This document shows, piece after piece, positions 62,533 to 64,000 of a stretch of 64,000 bases of DNA. This DNA comes from Gammaproteobacteria bacterium. GTDB lineage: Bacteria > Pseudomonadota > Gammaproteobacteria > Pseudomonadales > Azotimanducaceae. Where the stretch lies: NCBI GenBank assembly GCA_009842245.1, contig VYFT01000026.1, positions 13,465 to 77,464 of the forward strand, written 5' to 3'. Made by a program: the position numbers and the translations under genes. Each line of letters starts with the position of its first letter. The first letter of the stretch is position 1. The notes beneath the pieces were generated by a model. The model was not told where the DNA came from and searched no databases. It was given only the letters and a program-made list of their open reading frames with translations.

Positions 62533-63885
62533 CTAGACTATTCCATAAGCAAGCATCGTGTCAGCCACTCTCTTGAATCCACCGATATTTGCACCAGCAA
62601 CGTAGTTCACTTGACCTTGCTGCGCACCGTATTGAATGCACTGTTGGTGAATGTCCGCCATGATTCCTTGCAATCGTTTGTCTACCTCTTCTCTACTCCA
62701 ACTAATCCTGAGCGAATTTTGACTTTGCTCTAGGCCGCTCACCGCTACTCCACCTGCGTTTGAAGCTTTTCCAGGCGCGTGCAATATTTCTTTTTCTGCG
62801 AAGAACCGTGCTGCGTCAGCGGTTAACGGCATATTAGCACCTTCACAAATAGCAAAAACCCCATTTTTGTGAAGAGACTGAGCGTCGTTCAAGTCCAGCT
62901 CGTTCTCCGTAGCACACGGCATCGCGATATCACAAGGTACCGACCAAGGTCTTGCACTCTCAAAAAATTCGACCGCTTTGTGGGTATTGGCAAAGTCAGA
63001 AATTCTTCCTCGCCGCTCCTCTTTGAGAACTTGAACGTATTTGAGCTGTTCCTCGTTTAAACCGTCGGGTATTAGAACAAAACCGCTTGAATCACTGAGC
63101 GTGATGACTTTTGCGCCCATTTGGAGTGCTTTTTCCGCGGCATATATCGCGACGTTGCCACTACCGCTAATTGCAATGCTCTTGCCACTGAGAGAATCTC
63201 CTATGTGATTCAGCATGTTCTCACAAAAATAGACGCATCCATAGCCTGTTGCTTGCGTGCGAACTGCACTCCCCCCGTAAGCTAATGATTTGCCGGTGAT
63301 CACGCCCGCCCACCTGTTATACATGCGCATGTATTGGGCAAACAAATAACTGATTTCGCGCGCGCCAACACCGATATCGCCAGCCGGAATATCCACGTCC
63401 TCACCGATGTAACGATGTAGTTCCAACATCAAAGCTTGACAAAAACGCATGACTTCACGATCACTCTTACCCTTGGGATCAAAATCGGCTCCCCCCTTCG
63501 CACCGCCCATAGGCAATCCCGTGAGACTATTCTTAAAAATTTGTTCAAAAGCAAGAAACTTTAACACACTCTGATTCACTGCGGGATGAAATCGCAGTCC
63601 GCCCTTATACGGACCCAGTGTATGGTTGAACTGAACTCGCCAACCCCGATTGACTACCACTTCTCGCGCGTCTGTTTCCCAAGTGATTCGAAAGCTCACA
63701 ATACGATCGGGTTCGGTAACACGTTCAAGGATTCGAGCTCTACGATACTCATCATGCTGTAAATACCACGGCAAAACTGACTCTACCACTTCCTCGACCG
63801 CTTGATGAAAGTGAATCTCATCGGGGTTCTGTCTCCTCAGTTGGAGCATAAACTGTTCGAGTTCTGTCTGGTGCGAGTTCTTCAT
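62533..63885 (-). CDS. gdhA: NADP-specific glutamate dehydrogenase
   Basis: 450 aa with the LPMGGAKGGADFDPKGKS catalytic-lysine motif and the GSGNVA Rossmann motif. Confidence 0.93.
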   Translation of the reverse strand: MKNSHQTELEQFMLQLRRQNPDEIHFHQAVEEVVESVLPWYLQHDEYRRARILERVTEPDRIVSFRITWETDAREVVVNRGWRVQFNHTLGPYKGGLRFHPAVNQSVLKFLAFEQIFKNSLTGLPMGGAKGGADFDPKGKSDREVMRFCQALMLELHRYIGEDVDIPAGDIGVGAREISYLFAQYMRMYNRWAGVITGKSLAYGGSAVRTQATGYGCVYFCENMLNHIGDSLSGKSIAISGSGNVAIYAAEKALQMGAKVITLSDSSGFVLIPDGLNEEQLKYVQVLKEERRGRISDFANTHKAVEFFESARPWSVPCDIAMPCATENELDLNDAQSLHKNGVFAICEGANMPLTADAARFFAEKEILHAPGKASNAGGVAVSGLEQSQNSLRISWSREEVDKRLQGIMADIHQQCIQYGAQQGQVNYVAGANIGGFKRVADTMLAYGIV

Positions 63886-64000
63886 AGTCGCGTTTGAGTG
63901 TCCTCTTGAGTGATTTCGAAAACTATACTTGCTATCGATTGTTAATGTCGTTTAGCTAATTGCGATGATCTGACTCGATTACCGGTAAATGTACTAAACA

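Noticed and set aside
1-64000. I looked across the whole window for CRISPR arrays, IS elements, integrases next to the five tRNAs, prophage genes, toxin-antitoxin pairs and defence-system hallmarks.
   Set aside because: No direct-repeat/spacer arrays, transposase or integrase-like translations, or nuclease/ATPase defence signatures appear in any frame. The tRNA region has no flanking repeats that I could see.

Overview
This window is mostly core genome from a Gammaproteobacterium. The gene order birA-coaX-tRNAs-secE-nusG-rplKAJL-rpoBC-rpsLG-fusA-tuf-S10/spc/alpha operons, then uvrA, resembles Pseudomonadales/Cellvibrionales-type genomes; that placement rests on synteny alone. From about 15.6 to 49.4 kb there is one uninterrupted minus-strand block: 29 ribosomal protein genes (including rpmJ, which I translated by hand), rpoA/B/C, secY, secE, nusG, fusA, a single tuf, five tRNAs, coaX and birA. 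The left flank (1-15.6 kb) carries housekeeping and accessory genes. These are a hand-found 39-codon bTHX-like gene, a GH20 hexosaminidase overlapping an APH-fold kinase, ribH, a GNAT, an LplT-acyltransferase fusion, a secreted 4x EF-hand protein followed by an ECF sigma/anti-sigma/Spy-like triad, syd, ogt and uvrA. The right flank (49.5-64 kb) is the least ordinary part. A ScsB/DsbD-type membrane electron transporter is preceded by a free-standing copy of its own periplasmic alpha module. This pair converges on a TonB-dependent receptor followed by three long TlpA-like thioredoxin paralogues; a small membrane protein, a beta-barrel protein and gdhA lie upstream of the receptor. I saw no CRISPR array, transposase, integrase, phage gene or rRNA. 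All calls come from reading the translations and sequence by eye, with no database search. Coordinates of small features (THX, rpmJ, tRNAs, hairpins, promoters) were derived by hand. The thiol-redox/TonB island is my best candidate for an undescribed system, but its function is inference only.
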